Shown piece by piece: positions 28,364 to 37,056 of a DNA stretch of 64,000 bases. The stretch's first letter is position 1. Each line of letters begins with the position of its first letter. This stretch comes from a virus. The notes under the pieces are model-generated. The model did no database searches, was not told the DNA's origin, and was given only the letters and a program-made list of their open reading frames with translations. Location of the stretch: positions 19,415 to 83,414 of IMG/VR virus record IMGVR_UViG_3300009610_000028; one strand, given 5' to 3'. The position numbers and the translations under genes were made by a program.

Positions 28364-28394
28364 GAGTGGCCGCAACGTGTGGCCCTCTTCTTTT
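28364..28394 (+). terminator. Probable terminator after the tape measure gene
   Basis: GGCCGCA/TGTGGCC stem plus CTCTTCTTTT. Confidence 0.55.
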
Positions 28395-28440
28395 GCCGCC
28401 GGCTCAGGCGGTCGCGCATTCATCTCTTTGGGGAGACCCT

Positions 28441-28995
28441 ATGGCTGACGTTAAGACTCATATTCCACTCCGAGGTAAATTCCGCGTCGAGCACTGGCGT
28501 GAAGGCAAGTTGCTCCGCGTGCATGAATTTCCCAACGGCATCACAACCGAAGGCAAGAACCGCTTGCTCGATGTGATGTTCCACGGCACCACTGCCCACG
28601 GCACGTGGTATCTGGGACTCATCGACAACGCGAGCTTTACCGCGTTGGCCGCTGCCGACAACTACGACAACATCAACCAGGCCGGCAACGGTTGGGATGA
28701 GTTCGATGACTACACTGACGCCAACAACGCCAGTAGCGCGGTCACTCGGCCTACATGGGCTGAGGGTGCTGCGGCGAGTTCTTCGATTACCAACTCCACT
28801 GCTGCCATCTACGACATCACCGCGACTGGGACGGTGAAAGGAATCTTCGCTGTAGCAGGCACGAATGCTCAGACGAAGAACGATCACACTGCTGGAACCG
28901 CGCACGCCCTCTGGGCCACGGCGTTGTTCAATCAGGGTGACCAAGCCGTGAATAACGGTGACCAACTTCGCGTCACATACACGGTGAGTGCATAA
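28441..28995 (+). CDS. Virion structural protein (candidate tail filament subunit)
   Basis: GGAG RBS. NGITTEGKNRLLD, WYLGL and GDQLRVTYTVS motifs. Has its own downstream terminator. Confidence 0.75.
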   Translation: MADVKTHIPLRGKFRVEHWREGKLLRVHEFPNGITTEGKNRLLDVMFHGTTAHGTWYLGLIDNASFTALAAADNYDNINQAGNGWDEFDDYTDANNASSAVTRPTWAEGAAASSSITNSTAAIYDITATGTVKGIFAVAGTNAQTKNDHTAGTAHALWATALFNQGDQAVNNGDQLRVTYTVSA

Positions 28996-29005
28996 CTCCC
29001 TCGCC

Positions 29006-29045
29006 AAGGCCGGGTGTGGGTGCAAGCCCCGCCCGGCCTTGTTTT
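29006..29045 (+). terminator. Rho-independent terminator
   Basis: AAGGCCGGG/CCCGGCCTT stem plus GTTTT. Confidence 0.75.
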
Positions 29046-29061
29046 CTATATGGAGGGTGCA

Positions 29062-30165
29062 ATGAGCGTAAGAGACTTTGACGGCTTCGAGAGCTATGGC
29101 ACCACTGGTGCTGTCGCCAGTTACTTTGGCAACCGTTATACGTGGTACGACACTCCGGGTGGCGATCAAGTCCCATTCTACAACAACCTGGAAGTTGCCA
29201 CCGGCAGACTTGCAGGCTTCGGTGTCAAGAATGGTGCAAGTGCGGCAGCCTGCTATTTCCGCTTGCAGAAGTCAGGCCCGTTCGCAGACGGCAATGTCAC
29301 GGTTGGCTTCGCGTGCAAAATCGGCGGTGAGCATAAGTTCTTCACCCTTATCGAACTGGCACTCGAAGACGACTTTGATTTCGTAGAGGCCGAGAACTTC
29401 AATCTCCGCACAGAAGCTGACGGGAACATTTCGGTCTATTTCCAGAACTCATTGCTCGACACGACTACCGGCATTGATCTGGACGACAGCGACTGGCACT
29501 ACATTGAGTTCAACGCCAAGTGTCATCCCAGTGCTGGTTCATACCAATTGATCGTCGATGGCGTAACTGCATTGTCGGACACGGGTCTCGATAGTCAAGT
29601 CTTCCCCGATGCCGGTCACTTCATTGAAGGCCGATACGAGGGAATGGAATGGGGCAATCAGGACGATACCGATCCCGATTATCAGTTCGACGATATGTAC
29701 ATCACGCTGGACGATGCGTCTGGCTTGAATGACGGTGTGCTAGGTCCACGAGTTGTGGAAGCGATCACTCCCAATGCGGACGGTGACACCACTGACTGGA
29801 CTCCAAGCACGGGAACCGATAACTACGCGCTGGTTGATGAGAATCCGCCAAACGACGACACCGACTACAACGAGGCAGCCGACTCCAGCAACGTCACAGA
29901 CTTGTACCAATACACGAGTCTTTCAACAATCGTTGGTGCGGTGAATGCGGTGATGATTCTCACCACACTGAAACATGACACAAGCATCGGTTTCTACGAC
30001 ACGCTCTGGAAAGAAAACGGCACACAAGACGATGACAGCGGCCCAAGCATCTCCACTGATTACGAACAGCGCCCGGTACTCGTAGAGCAAAGTCCTGACG
30101 GTCCTACGAACTGGACGGTCTCACGAGTAAACGGCGCACAATTCGGGATCAAGGAGGACGGCTAA
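29062..30165 (+). CDS. Concanavalin A/LamG-like tail protein
   Basis: DGFESY start, WHYIE, LIVDG and FDDMY lectin-fold motifs. Very acidic. GGAGG RBS. Confidence 0.7.
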   Translation: MSVRDFDGFESYGTTGAVASYFGNRYTWYDTPGGDQVPFYNNLEVATGRLAGFGVKNGASAAACYFRLQKSGPFADGNVTVGFACKIGGEHKFFTLIELALEDDFDFVEAENFNLRTEADGNISVYFQNSLLDTTTGIDLDDSDWHYIEFNAKCHPSAGSYQLIVDGVTALSDTGLDSQVFPDAGHFIEGRYEGMEWGNQDDTDPDYQFDDMYITLDDASGLNDGVLGPRVVEAITPNADGDTTDWTPSTGTDNYALVDENPPNDDTDYNEAADSSNVTDLYQYTSLSTIVGAVNAVMILTTLKHDTSIGFYDTLWKENGTQDDDSGPSISTDYEQRPVLVEQSPDGPTNWTVSRVNGAQFGIKEDG

Positions 30166-31208
30166 TGTCAGCTATTCGCATTACTCGTCAGATCGTTGAA
30201 GTTCTCGGTAAAGACCCGACCTTTCCAACGTTGGTCGATGCCAGCAGTCCGATTAGTCTTACGTCAACCGCCAGCGTCGGTTTCACGAAGTCGATCTCGG
30301 CAACCAGTACAATCGCGCTCACGCAAACTGCGTCGGTCAAGGGCACAAAGAATCTTAGTGCATTAAGCGAGGTCACCCGGCAAGAGCTTGATCCTGAGAC
30401 GCTGGAAATCATTGAAGTCGGCCTCAGCCAGAATGTGGGTCTCGGCCTCACGGTATCCAAGAGCATCGTCGATTCGATCCCGCTAACGCAGGACGCGGAC
30501 GGCGTTCGCTATGATGCCGACGCAGAGATTCTCACTGCTGACAGCACGATCTCACTGGCTCACTCGTCATTGATCGTTGAAGAGCCGTTGGGAGATTCTG
30601 TCATCACGGTGACTGACTCGGCCGACGTGATGGTGGTTAAGCCACTCTACAGCACGTTGGAACTGACGCATGAAGCGTCGGTCAGTGGCACCTGGGCGCG
30701 ATCTGCGGAGAGCGAGATCGAGCTTACTCAATCGGTTGGCATGGTGTATATCCCCGGCGGCGGGGTCAAGCTGTGCGAATCTGACATCGACCTAGATGGC
30801 CCGTACACTGGTGTCACTTCTCCCTTCGCCCTGATCTATCCAGCCACGGGCGGGGCGACTGATACCGTCGAGTTGAAAGCCCCAAATCTTGGCAATCGAG
30901 ATCGGCTCAGCTTCGACAAGATCAATGAAGAGACAAGAGGCGGCACGTTGATCGTGTTCGCTGATCCCATCTGGCCAAAGGTGCAAACCCTGGCGCTAAC
31001 CTTCTCTGGCCTCACGTCAGCGGAAGGCCAAGAGCTTCTCCGATTCATGCAAGAGCATCTCGGCGAAGAGATCAGGCTAAGCGACTGGGAGCAACGAGTC
31101 TGGCGCGGAATCATCACAACCCCAAACGAACCACTCGTTCAAGACGGGCCAGGATGTCAATTCACCGCCAGCTTTGAATTTGAAGGCGAACTGACAACCC
31201 CACCGTAA
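30165..31208 (+). CDS. Repeat-containing tail protein with C-terminal Dit-like domain
   Basis: S/T-rich ~19-aa repeats (SISAxSTIxLTxTA), then ~130 aa similar to 31220..31618. Confidence 0.7.
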   Translation: MSAIRITRQIVEVLGKDPTFPTLVDASSPISLTSTASVGFTKSISATSTIALTQTASVKGTKNLSALSEVTRQELDPETLEIIEVGLSQNVGLGLTVSKSIVDSIPLTQDADGVRYDADAEILTADSTISLAHSSLIVEEPLGDSVITVTDSADVMVVKPLYSTLELTHEASVSGTWARSAESEIELTQSVGMVYIPGGGVKLCESDIDLDGPYTGVTSPFALIYPATGGATDTVELKAPNLGNRDRLSFDKINEETRGGTLIVFADPIWPKVQTLALTFSGLTSAEGQELLRFMQEHLGEEIRLSDWEQRVWRGIITTPNEPLVQDGPGCQFTASFEFEGELTTPP

Positions 31209-31219
31209 GCGAGGCGAGC

Positions 31220-31618
31220 ATGTTCACGTTTGAAGCGCCCGCTTCGGGCGTTGTCACAACGGTGTTTCTACCGAACCCGTTGTTCAGCGACACCGAGTCC
31301 CTCACGGACACGGTACAAGTCAAGCGTGCAATGGATGGCACGCTCTACAGCTACATCAAGACGAAGAATGGCCGCAGGCGTCTTCAATGGACCTTTCGGA
31401 CAACGCGGAACAAGGGATTGGAATTCCGCGCCTTCCTCTTGACGTATTTTGCTTCCAAGGTTCGAGCAACGGACCACAACGGCCGCGTGTGGGTGGGCAA
31501 CTTCACCAACAACCCGTTTGAGTTCGACACGACAAGTCGTGCGGCACCGGCTATCTCGCCGATGCCCAGAGGCGAGACCCAGGAAATCACGATTGAGTTC
31601 GAGGGAGTGGAGCAATGA
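31220..31618 (+). CDS. Distal tail (Dit-like) protein
   Basis: RAMDGTLY, LQWTF, RVWVG and IEFEG motifs. Lies before the hub gene. Confidence 0.6.
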   Translation: MFTFEAPASGVVTTVFLPNPLFSDTESLTDTVQVKRAMDGTLYSYIKTKNGRRRLQWTFRTTRNKGLEFRAFLLTYFASKVRATDHNGRVWVGNFTNNPFEFDTTSRAAPAISPMPRGETQEITIEFEGVEQ

Positions 31619-34206
31619 GAGACATTTCGGTGACCTCGTTGGCCGAGATCGCCATGAAGACTGGCACTGAGCCAATCAACATCTTGGCGATCCAGTGGGT
31701 GGATGGTGGAAGCCTTGACCAATATGCCGACCGCGATCTCGCAGGCGGGATCAAGGGCAAGATCAAATTCCTTAGCGAGCTAGACGCAGTAATCAATGTG
31801 TCTGGTGGCGGGCAATCTCAGGCAATTGAAGTCACTCTCGATGACACCGATGGCTCGATCAAAGCCATCCTCGATGCCAACGACATCCATAAGCGTCCGT
31901 GCTATATCTACCAATGGTTCGAGGGCCTGGACCTGACCGAGAAGTTTCTGATCTTCCAGGGTCAGGTGTCTAGCCCGATCACCTGGAACGAATCTGGACG
32001 CCAGGTCTCGTTCACCGTGATCTCAAAACTCGAAGACCGTGAAGTCGGCTTCTCGGCCGAGGACGGAGCATTCGAGGCCATCCCGGAAGAGATTGTTGGC
32101 CAACCCTGGCCAATGATCTTCGGCACTGCGTTGCATGTACCCGCACTCGCAATCAGTAAGCCACGGGTCGGAACGATCACGAGTGGTGCAGCCATCCGTG
32201 ACTTCACGATCCCGCTCCAGATCGACGTGCTCGCTTTGCAAAGAGCGAACACGCTTTCGATTGCTTTGATTTTCCGCAACAACGCGGAGCACGCCGAAGA
32301 AACCGGCGACCTGGCGGCAAAGACCGACTTCCTGAATCGCAAGGCCCAAGCGGAGACGCGGGCCGGAGAGTTGCTCTTTCAAGCCGGCCAACTCCAGGAT
32401 GCGCTCGACGAACAAATTCTCCAAGAGACATCGACGCTGACCATCCTCGGTGGCGAAGACTTCCCGCAAGGCACGTCGATCACACTCGACATCAACGGCG
32501 GGCTGTTCACTGGTTACTTCTCTGGCGTCAACGGAACGACCTTCCACATCACGGATAGGCAGCACCCAGAGTTCGGCAACATCGAGACGCCGTTTATCGA
32601 AGTGTTGTTCGTTACGAAGTCACCATCGACCGGGCCACTTGAACTTGTCGGCTATAGCGAAGAGGTCACTGGCGATAGCGCTGGATTCTTCTTTGCCCAA
32701 GCCGGCAGTCGCGTGAAGCTGGCCGGTGCTGAGCCGATTGACCACGTGGTATCCATTGTGCCCGGCGAAATCATCAGCGTACATGCGTACCGCGCCTTTG
32801 AAGGCGTTCGACGCCTGGTCACGGTGCCGCCGAACTACTACACGACACGCACGCAAAGCTTCGGTTCAATCAGCGCAGAGATGGTTCGCCTGGTGAAGCC
32901 GCTGTCGAACTACGAAGACGAAGGATGGGACGACGACATTTATGTCACGTTCGAGTCCGACGTTGGTCCGAACGTGGTTGACATCCTAGAGTATCTGATC
33001 GAGCAGTACACGCCGGAGTTGACAGTTGATGCCACGAGCTTCAACTACGTCAAGACACGCCAGGAAGAATACCCGGCAAACTTCGCTCTGCTCGAACGCA
33101 AGAATGTGGTCCAGGTATTAGAAGAGATTGCTCGGCAAGCCCGCTGCGCAATCTGGCTGACGGGAGACACGTTCTACCTTCGCTATTTGTCTGAGGAACC
33201 TTCGCCTACCGTGAGCATCGCGGAAAGCGATGTTGTGCCGAAGACAATGGAAGTCTTCCATACCAACACGGAAGACTTGGTGACGAAGTATGTGGCTGAG
33301 TGGCGTGAGCACTACGCCGTCGCTGAGCCGAACAAGGTAATCCTCAAGCACAACGTCAAGAAATACGGAACGCAGGAGCTTGTTGAAGACTACTACATCT
33401 ACAACACGCAAGAGCTTGTCATCAAGAGTGCCACGTTCTGGCTCATTCGGATGGCGAACACTTGGAAGAAGATTCGCTTCTCGACCTACCTGACGAAGCT
33501 GCAACTGGAGACACTGGATTCTGTCGATCTCGACTTCACAAACACCTACGTTGCCAACGAGTCTGTCGTTGGAATCATTGAACAAGCCAACTACGATTCC
33601 GACAACAACCAGATCGCCTTTGAGATTTGGACGCCGGTAAAAGCCGGCACGATGGTCGCGTATGACTTTGCGTTCCCGGCCGACATCGACCAGACGCTTA
33701 TCTTCCCGACTATCGAAGAGGAGTTCGCTGGTAATGCTGGTGGCGATGGTCCTGGCAAGGATGCTGACGGTGATCTCGGTAGCGGTACGATTGTGACAAT
33801 CACTGGCTACCGCGCGAACCAAAGCTACGGCGACAAGAATCCTTCTGACACTGGTGATGTTGCTCCGCCACTCCCACCCATTGTCACCACAGGCGTATTC
33901 GATGTCACGAATCCCAACCTGACGAGTCCTGTCTTCCAGAAGAACGCTTCGTACAACCCCGGCGCATCTGCGACTGGTGGGTCAGTCATTGACATCCACA
34001 CGACGATTATCAATGACTCGCTGACGAACAAGCAAGCCAAGCTCGACACGTTCTTCAAAGAGATCGGCACAGATTTGAAGCTGCACATGGACACCAACGC
34101 CGTAATCGACGATGGCACCAATGAAGGAACGTTTGACTTCTTCTATGACTCCGTGAACTCACCCAACAAGTGGGCCGCCGGACGTGCGAAACTCTTAGAC
34201 GTGTAA
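31615..34206 (+). CDS. Tail tip/baseplate hub protein
   Basis: 863 aa. IFQGQV and VGQPWPMIFG motifs seen in siphovirus tail-tip proteins. Confidence 0.75.
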   Translation: MRDISVTSLAEIAMKTGTEPINILAIQWVDGGSLDQYADRDLAGGIKGKIKFLSELDAVINVSGGGQSQAIEVTLDDTDGSIKAILDANDIHKRPCYIYQWFEGLDLTEKFLIFQGQVSSPITWNESGRQVSFTVISKLEDREVGFSAEDGAFEAIPEEIVGQPWPMIFGTALHVPALAISKPRVGTITSGAAIRDFTIPLQIDVLALQRANTLSIALIFRNNAEHAEETGDLAAKTDFLNRKAQAETRAGELLFQAGQLQDALDEQILQETSTLTILGGEDFPQGTSITLDINGGLFTGYFSGVNGTTFHITDRQHPEFGNIETPFIEVLFVTKSPSTGPLELVGYSEEVTGDSAGFFFAQAGSRVKLAGAEPIDHVVSIVPGEIISVHAYRAFEGVRRLVTVPPNYYTTRTQSFGSISAEMVRLVKPLSNYEDEGWDDDIYVTFESDVGPNVVDILEYLIEQYTPELTVDATSFNYVKTRQEEYPANFALLERKNVVQVLEEIARQARCAIWLTGDTFYLRYLSEEPSPTVSIAESDVVPKTMEVFHTNTEDLVTKYVAEWREHYAVAEPNKVILKHNVKKYGTQELVEDYYIYNTQELVIKSATFWLIRMANTWKKIRFSTYLTKLQLETLDSVDLDFTNTYVANESVVGIIEQANYDSDNNQIAFEIWTPVKAGTMVAYDFAFPADIDQTLIFPTIEEEFAGNAGGDGPGKDADGDLGSGTIVTITGYRANQSYGDKNPSDTGDVAPPLPPIVTTGVFDVTNPNLTSPVFQKNASYNPGASATGGSVIDIHTTIINDSLTNKQAKLDTFFKEIGTDLKLHMDTNAVIDDGTNEGTFDFFYDSVNSPNKWAAGRAKLLDV

Positions 34207-34217
34207 GGGAGCGAAGG

Positions 34218-34787
34218 ATGAAGCTGGCGAAGGAGAGCATTGATCGTTTCTTTGACTACGACATTCACGTCGAGAGTCGAACGATCTGGCTAGGTGATGA
34301 CGAAGATGGCATCACGGAGAAAACATCGGAGCGTCTCGTGAAGGCGCTCCACATGCTGGCCAACGCCGCGCCCGACAGGGAGATCACTATCTTCCTGAAT
34401 AGTCTGGGCGGCTGTTGGTTCAATGGCATGGCAATCTACGATGCGATTCGGGCCTGCCCATGCCCGATCACTTGCTACATCATCGGCGCTGCGATGTCGA
34501 TGGGTAGCATCATTGCACAGGCATGCGACCAGCGTCTGATCTATCCGAACGCAACCATGATGGTCCACGACGGGTACGAGACACGGGTCGATGACATCCC
34601 ACGGACGTTTCAGAACTGGGCGGACTACTCGAAGCACACCCAGAAGAAGATGTACGAAATCTATGCTGAGCGGTCTGGACGGCCAGTGACCTTCTGGCGG
34701 AAGAAGTGTTCGGCCGATCTCATCCTGACAGCGGCCGAGGCCAGGGAGCTTGGCCTGGTCGATGCGATCTTCGGAGAGCCAGCATGA
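34218..34787 (+). CDS. clpP: ClpP-type serine protease
   Basis: IFLNSLGG, GMAIYD, AMSMGS (Ser), MMVHD (His), DLILTAAEARELGLVD (Asp). Confidence 0.92.
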   Translation: MKLAKESIDRFFDYDIHVESRTIWLGDDEDGITEKTSERLVKALHMLANAAPDREITIFLNSLGGCWFNGMAIYDAIRACPCPITCYIIGAAMSMGSIIAQACDQRLIYPNATMMVHDGYETRVDDIPRTFQNWADYSKHTQKKMYEIYAERSGRPVTFWRKKCSADLILTAAEARELGLVDAIFGEPA

Positions 34788-35581
34788 TTTTTACGCTCGA
34801 TGATTGGAATGGCCTCATCACTGACATCAATGCCTTGGCCGTTGACCCGCCGGCTGGCTGCTCGGCCGTGGCTACCTTGCCACTAGCCGTTGATCCCCAC
34901 ATCTTCAAGAAGACGGACATTACCAGTGCGCGTGCCACGCTCTTGCAGCTATGCTATGAGAATGCGTTTCCGTCGCCCCTGGTAATCTGGCTTCAAGATA
35001 ACATCGACGAAATCGAAGCTGCGATTGCCACAGGATGGTGCAACTGCGATTGCGATAATTGTGATGCACTCTATGCGGGCATCTGCGCGATCAGCGATCT
35101 CGCGAGTCTGGATCGTGAACGGTTCCCCGACATTAGCTGCACCAATCCTGAGAACGAAGCCGGCGCTCACAAGATCAGCGGTCATAGACACTGGACCGTA
35201 ACCTGGCACGAAGCTACGGAAGTCACGCGAGTTGAGTTCGCGGACGTGGATTGTGAAGGTACAGGAACGTTCGGAACACTGCCGTTCGATGTGGGGATCG
35301 TGGACGACGATAACTCAGGCAGCGATCAGCGGACGAAGATATTCTATACAAACAACGAGGCACGCGCTCGGCTGGTGTATGACGTAGTTACGCGAGCGCT
35401 CGCTTCGCCCTGTGCGATTGTGGGCTTTCCTTGGGTGACGCCGTTCTTCGCTGCACCAACAATCGCTTTGGAAAACACCATCTTTCCCACTTTCATTGAC
35501 CAAGAGTATTTCCACAGAAGCAATAACTGCTTCGGAAGCAATCCGTTTCCGTTCTCAATCTTTGATGCAGTCGATTGCTAA
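34784..35581 (+). CDS. Cys-rich hypothetical tail-associated protein
   Basis: ATGA overlap with clpP, CNCDCDNC cluster, last gene before the terminator. Confidence 0.65.
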   Translation: MIFTLDDWNGLITDINALAVDPPAGCSAVATLPLAVDPHIFKKTDITSARATLLQLCYENAFPSPLVIWLQDNIDEIEAAIATGWCNCDCDNCDALYAGICAISDLASLDRERFPDISCTNPENEAGAHKISGHRHWTVTWHEATEVTRVEFADVDCEGTGTFGTLPFDVGIVDDDNSGSDQRTKIFYTNNEARARLVYDVVTRALASPCAIVGFPWVTPFFAAPTIALENTIFPTFIDQEYFHRSNNCFGSNPFPFSIFDAVDC

Positions 35582-35585
35582 AACG

Positions 35586-35620
35586 AAAAAGGCCCGCCTG
35601 GATTCCAGGCGGGCCTTTTG
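35586..35620. terminator. Bidirectional Rho-independent terminator
   Basis: AAAAAGGCCCGCCTGG-ATT-CCAGGCGGGCCTTTT between convergent genes. Confidence 0.92.
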
Positions 35621-35624
35621 GCGT

Positions 35625-36245
35625 TTACAGGATGTCCATCATCAACATTGCCCGGTACACTTCCGTCTCTGCGATGGCATCACAGAGAGCGTCGTGTGGA
35701 TTCGGGTTGTGGACGTTGAAGCGGTTGCACAGAGCACCGAGGCCAACCTTGGGAAAGAGTGGCGTCAGTCCGGCGAATGCTGCCTTGTCGTTCATGTGAA
35801 TGGCGGTCAGCATCGCGTCACGAGCATGGCTATGGAATAGCTGCTGCGCGAGATCGACGCCTAGCCAGGCTTCTAGGAACTTGGACTCGAAGGCCCAGTT
35901 GTGGGCCAGCGGTACAAGACATTTGCCAAAGGGCAGATCGAGGCTGGCGACCCACGCCGTCAGCAGATCGGCTACCTTGCCCGGCTCTGGAGCGTGGAGA
36001 AGTAAATCCTCCATGCTGATGCCGTGAACGAAGCCTGCCTTGTGTTCTTGACGTTCGGGATAGTTGGGCTTGATTGTGGTGTAGAACGGTCGCACGCCTT
36101 CCAGCGGGCGAATGTCAGAGTTGAGTGGCACCACGGCGATTTGAATCGGCTCGTGGAAACCGGCACGACGGCCGGTGGTCTCCAGATCAACAGATGCCAG
36201 GAGGTTGCCGTTTAGATTGACCAAGCCCGAATAGGTCTTGGTCAT
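35625..36245 (-). CDS. DEDDh 3'-5' exonuclease (DnaQ family)
   Basis: VDLETTG, AHNWAFE, HDALCDA. Confidence 0.9.
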   Translation of the reverse strand: MTKTYSGLVNLNGNLLASVDLETTGRRAGFHEPIQIAVVPLNSDIRPLEGVRPFYTTIKPNYPERQEHKAGFVHGISMEDLLLHAPEPGKVADLLTAWVASLDLPFGKCLVPLAHNWAFESKFLEAWLGVDLAQQLFHSHARDAMLTAIHMNDKAAFAGLTPLFPKVGLGALCNRFNVHNPNPHDALCDAIAETEVYRAMLMMDIL

Positions 36246-36898
36246 GCGGCAATTGCCTCCCACGGCTCGATGACTTCCACTTCTAGCGCTCGACGCATGA
36301 CGCCTGGCCCGCGTTCCGGCTTGCAGCCTTCATCGCAAAGCCATCTCGCATACATCTCACCCCATCGGCGAAGTTCTTCAATGTCGCCAGTTTCGCCGAA
36401 GATATTATCCCAACCGTCGAAGTTGAGTAGCTCCCGATCCGGCTTGTTCTTCCCAGGCCCATAGCCTGGTCGAACGATCTTGATTAGTTCACCGCCGACT
36501 TCCTTAACGGCCGCCGCCTCGTTGTAGAAGCGCGTGTCGGGGATCAGCACTATGTCCAAACCGAGATCGCTCTTGAGCACATAGTCGAGCCACGTGCGTT
36601 CATAGACCTTCTCGCGGACTGCCGCCGTGCCCATGTCGATCCAAATCTGGCGCGGACTTTTGCCGACTGCCGGCAGCACGACTTCGCGTAGGCTTGCGCC
36701 GGGTTCCGTTTCGTAGAACTCAAGCTCTCGCAGGCCCGCCCAAGCATAAAGCTGGTGACATACGTCCTTGAGCTTCATCGCCCACGGCACCTTCCCGACG
36801 CGAATATCAGGATTCAGGTGTCGAACGTTGGCGATCACTGAGTTTGCGAACGTGTCTTTGCCAACACGGGCATAATGCCCGATGGCGATAACTTTCAT
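36242..36898 (-). CDS. Deoxynucleoside monophosphate kinase
   Basis: GHYARVGKDT P-loop, SPRQIW, IPDTRFYNE. GGAGG RBS. Confidence 0.88.
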   Translation of the reverse strand: MKVIAIGHYARVGKDTFANSVIANVRHLNPDIRVGKVPWAMKLKDVCHQLYAWAGLRELEFYETEPGASLREVVLPAVGKSPRQIWIDMGTAAVREKVYERTWLDYVLKSDLGLDIVLIPDTRFYNEAAAVKEVGGELIKIVRPGYGPGKNKPDRELLNFDGWDNIFGETGDIEELRRWGEMYARWLCDEGCKPERGPGVMRRALEVEVIEPWEAIAA

Positions 36899-37056
36899 TC
36901 TTGCTCCTCCAGTAGTTGTATGAAGTCTCCGCCGTACTTTCGTAGGAGGGACTCTTCGTCTTCTGGCCACTGGTCAAGCTCGATCTCCACAACCAGTTCC
37001 GCGCCTTGCACGGAACGAGAGACCGGGCCGACCACCCGATAGATACCGACGCGCAT
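36895..37056 (-). CDS. Small hypothetical protein (53 aa)
   Basis: MRVGIYRVVGP...YGGDFIQLLEEQE fills the gap exactly, with an ATGA overlap. Below the track cut-off. Confidence 0.65.
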   Translation of the reverse strand: MRVGIYRVVGPVSRSVQGAELVVEIELDQWPEDEESLLRKYGGDFIQLLEEQE

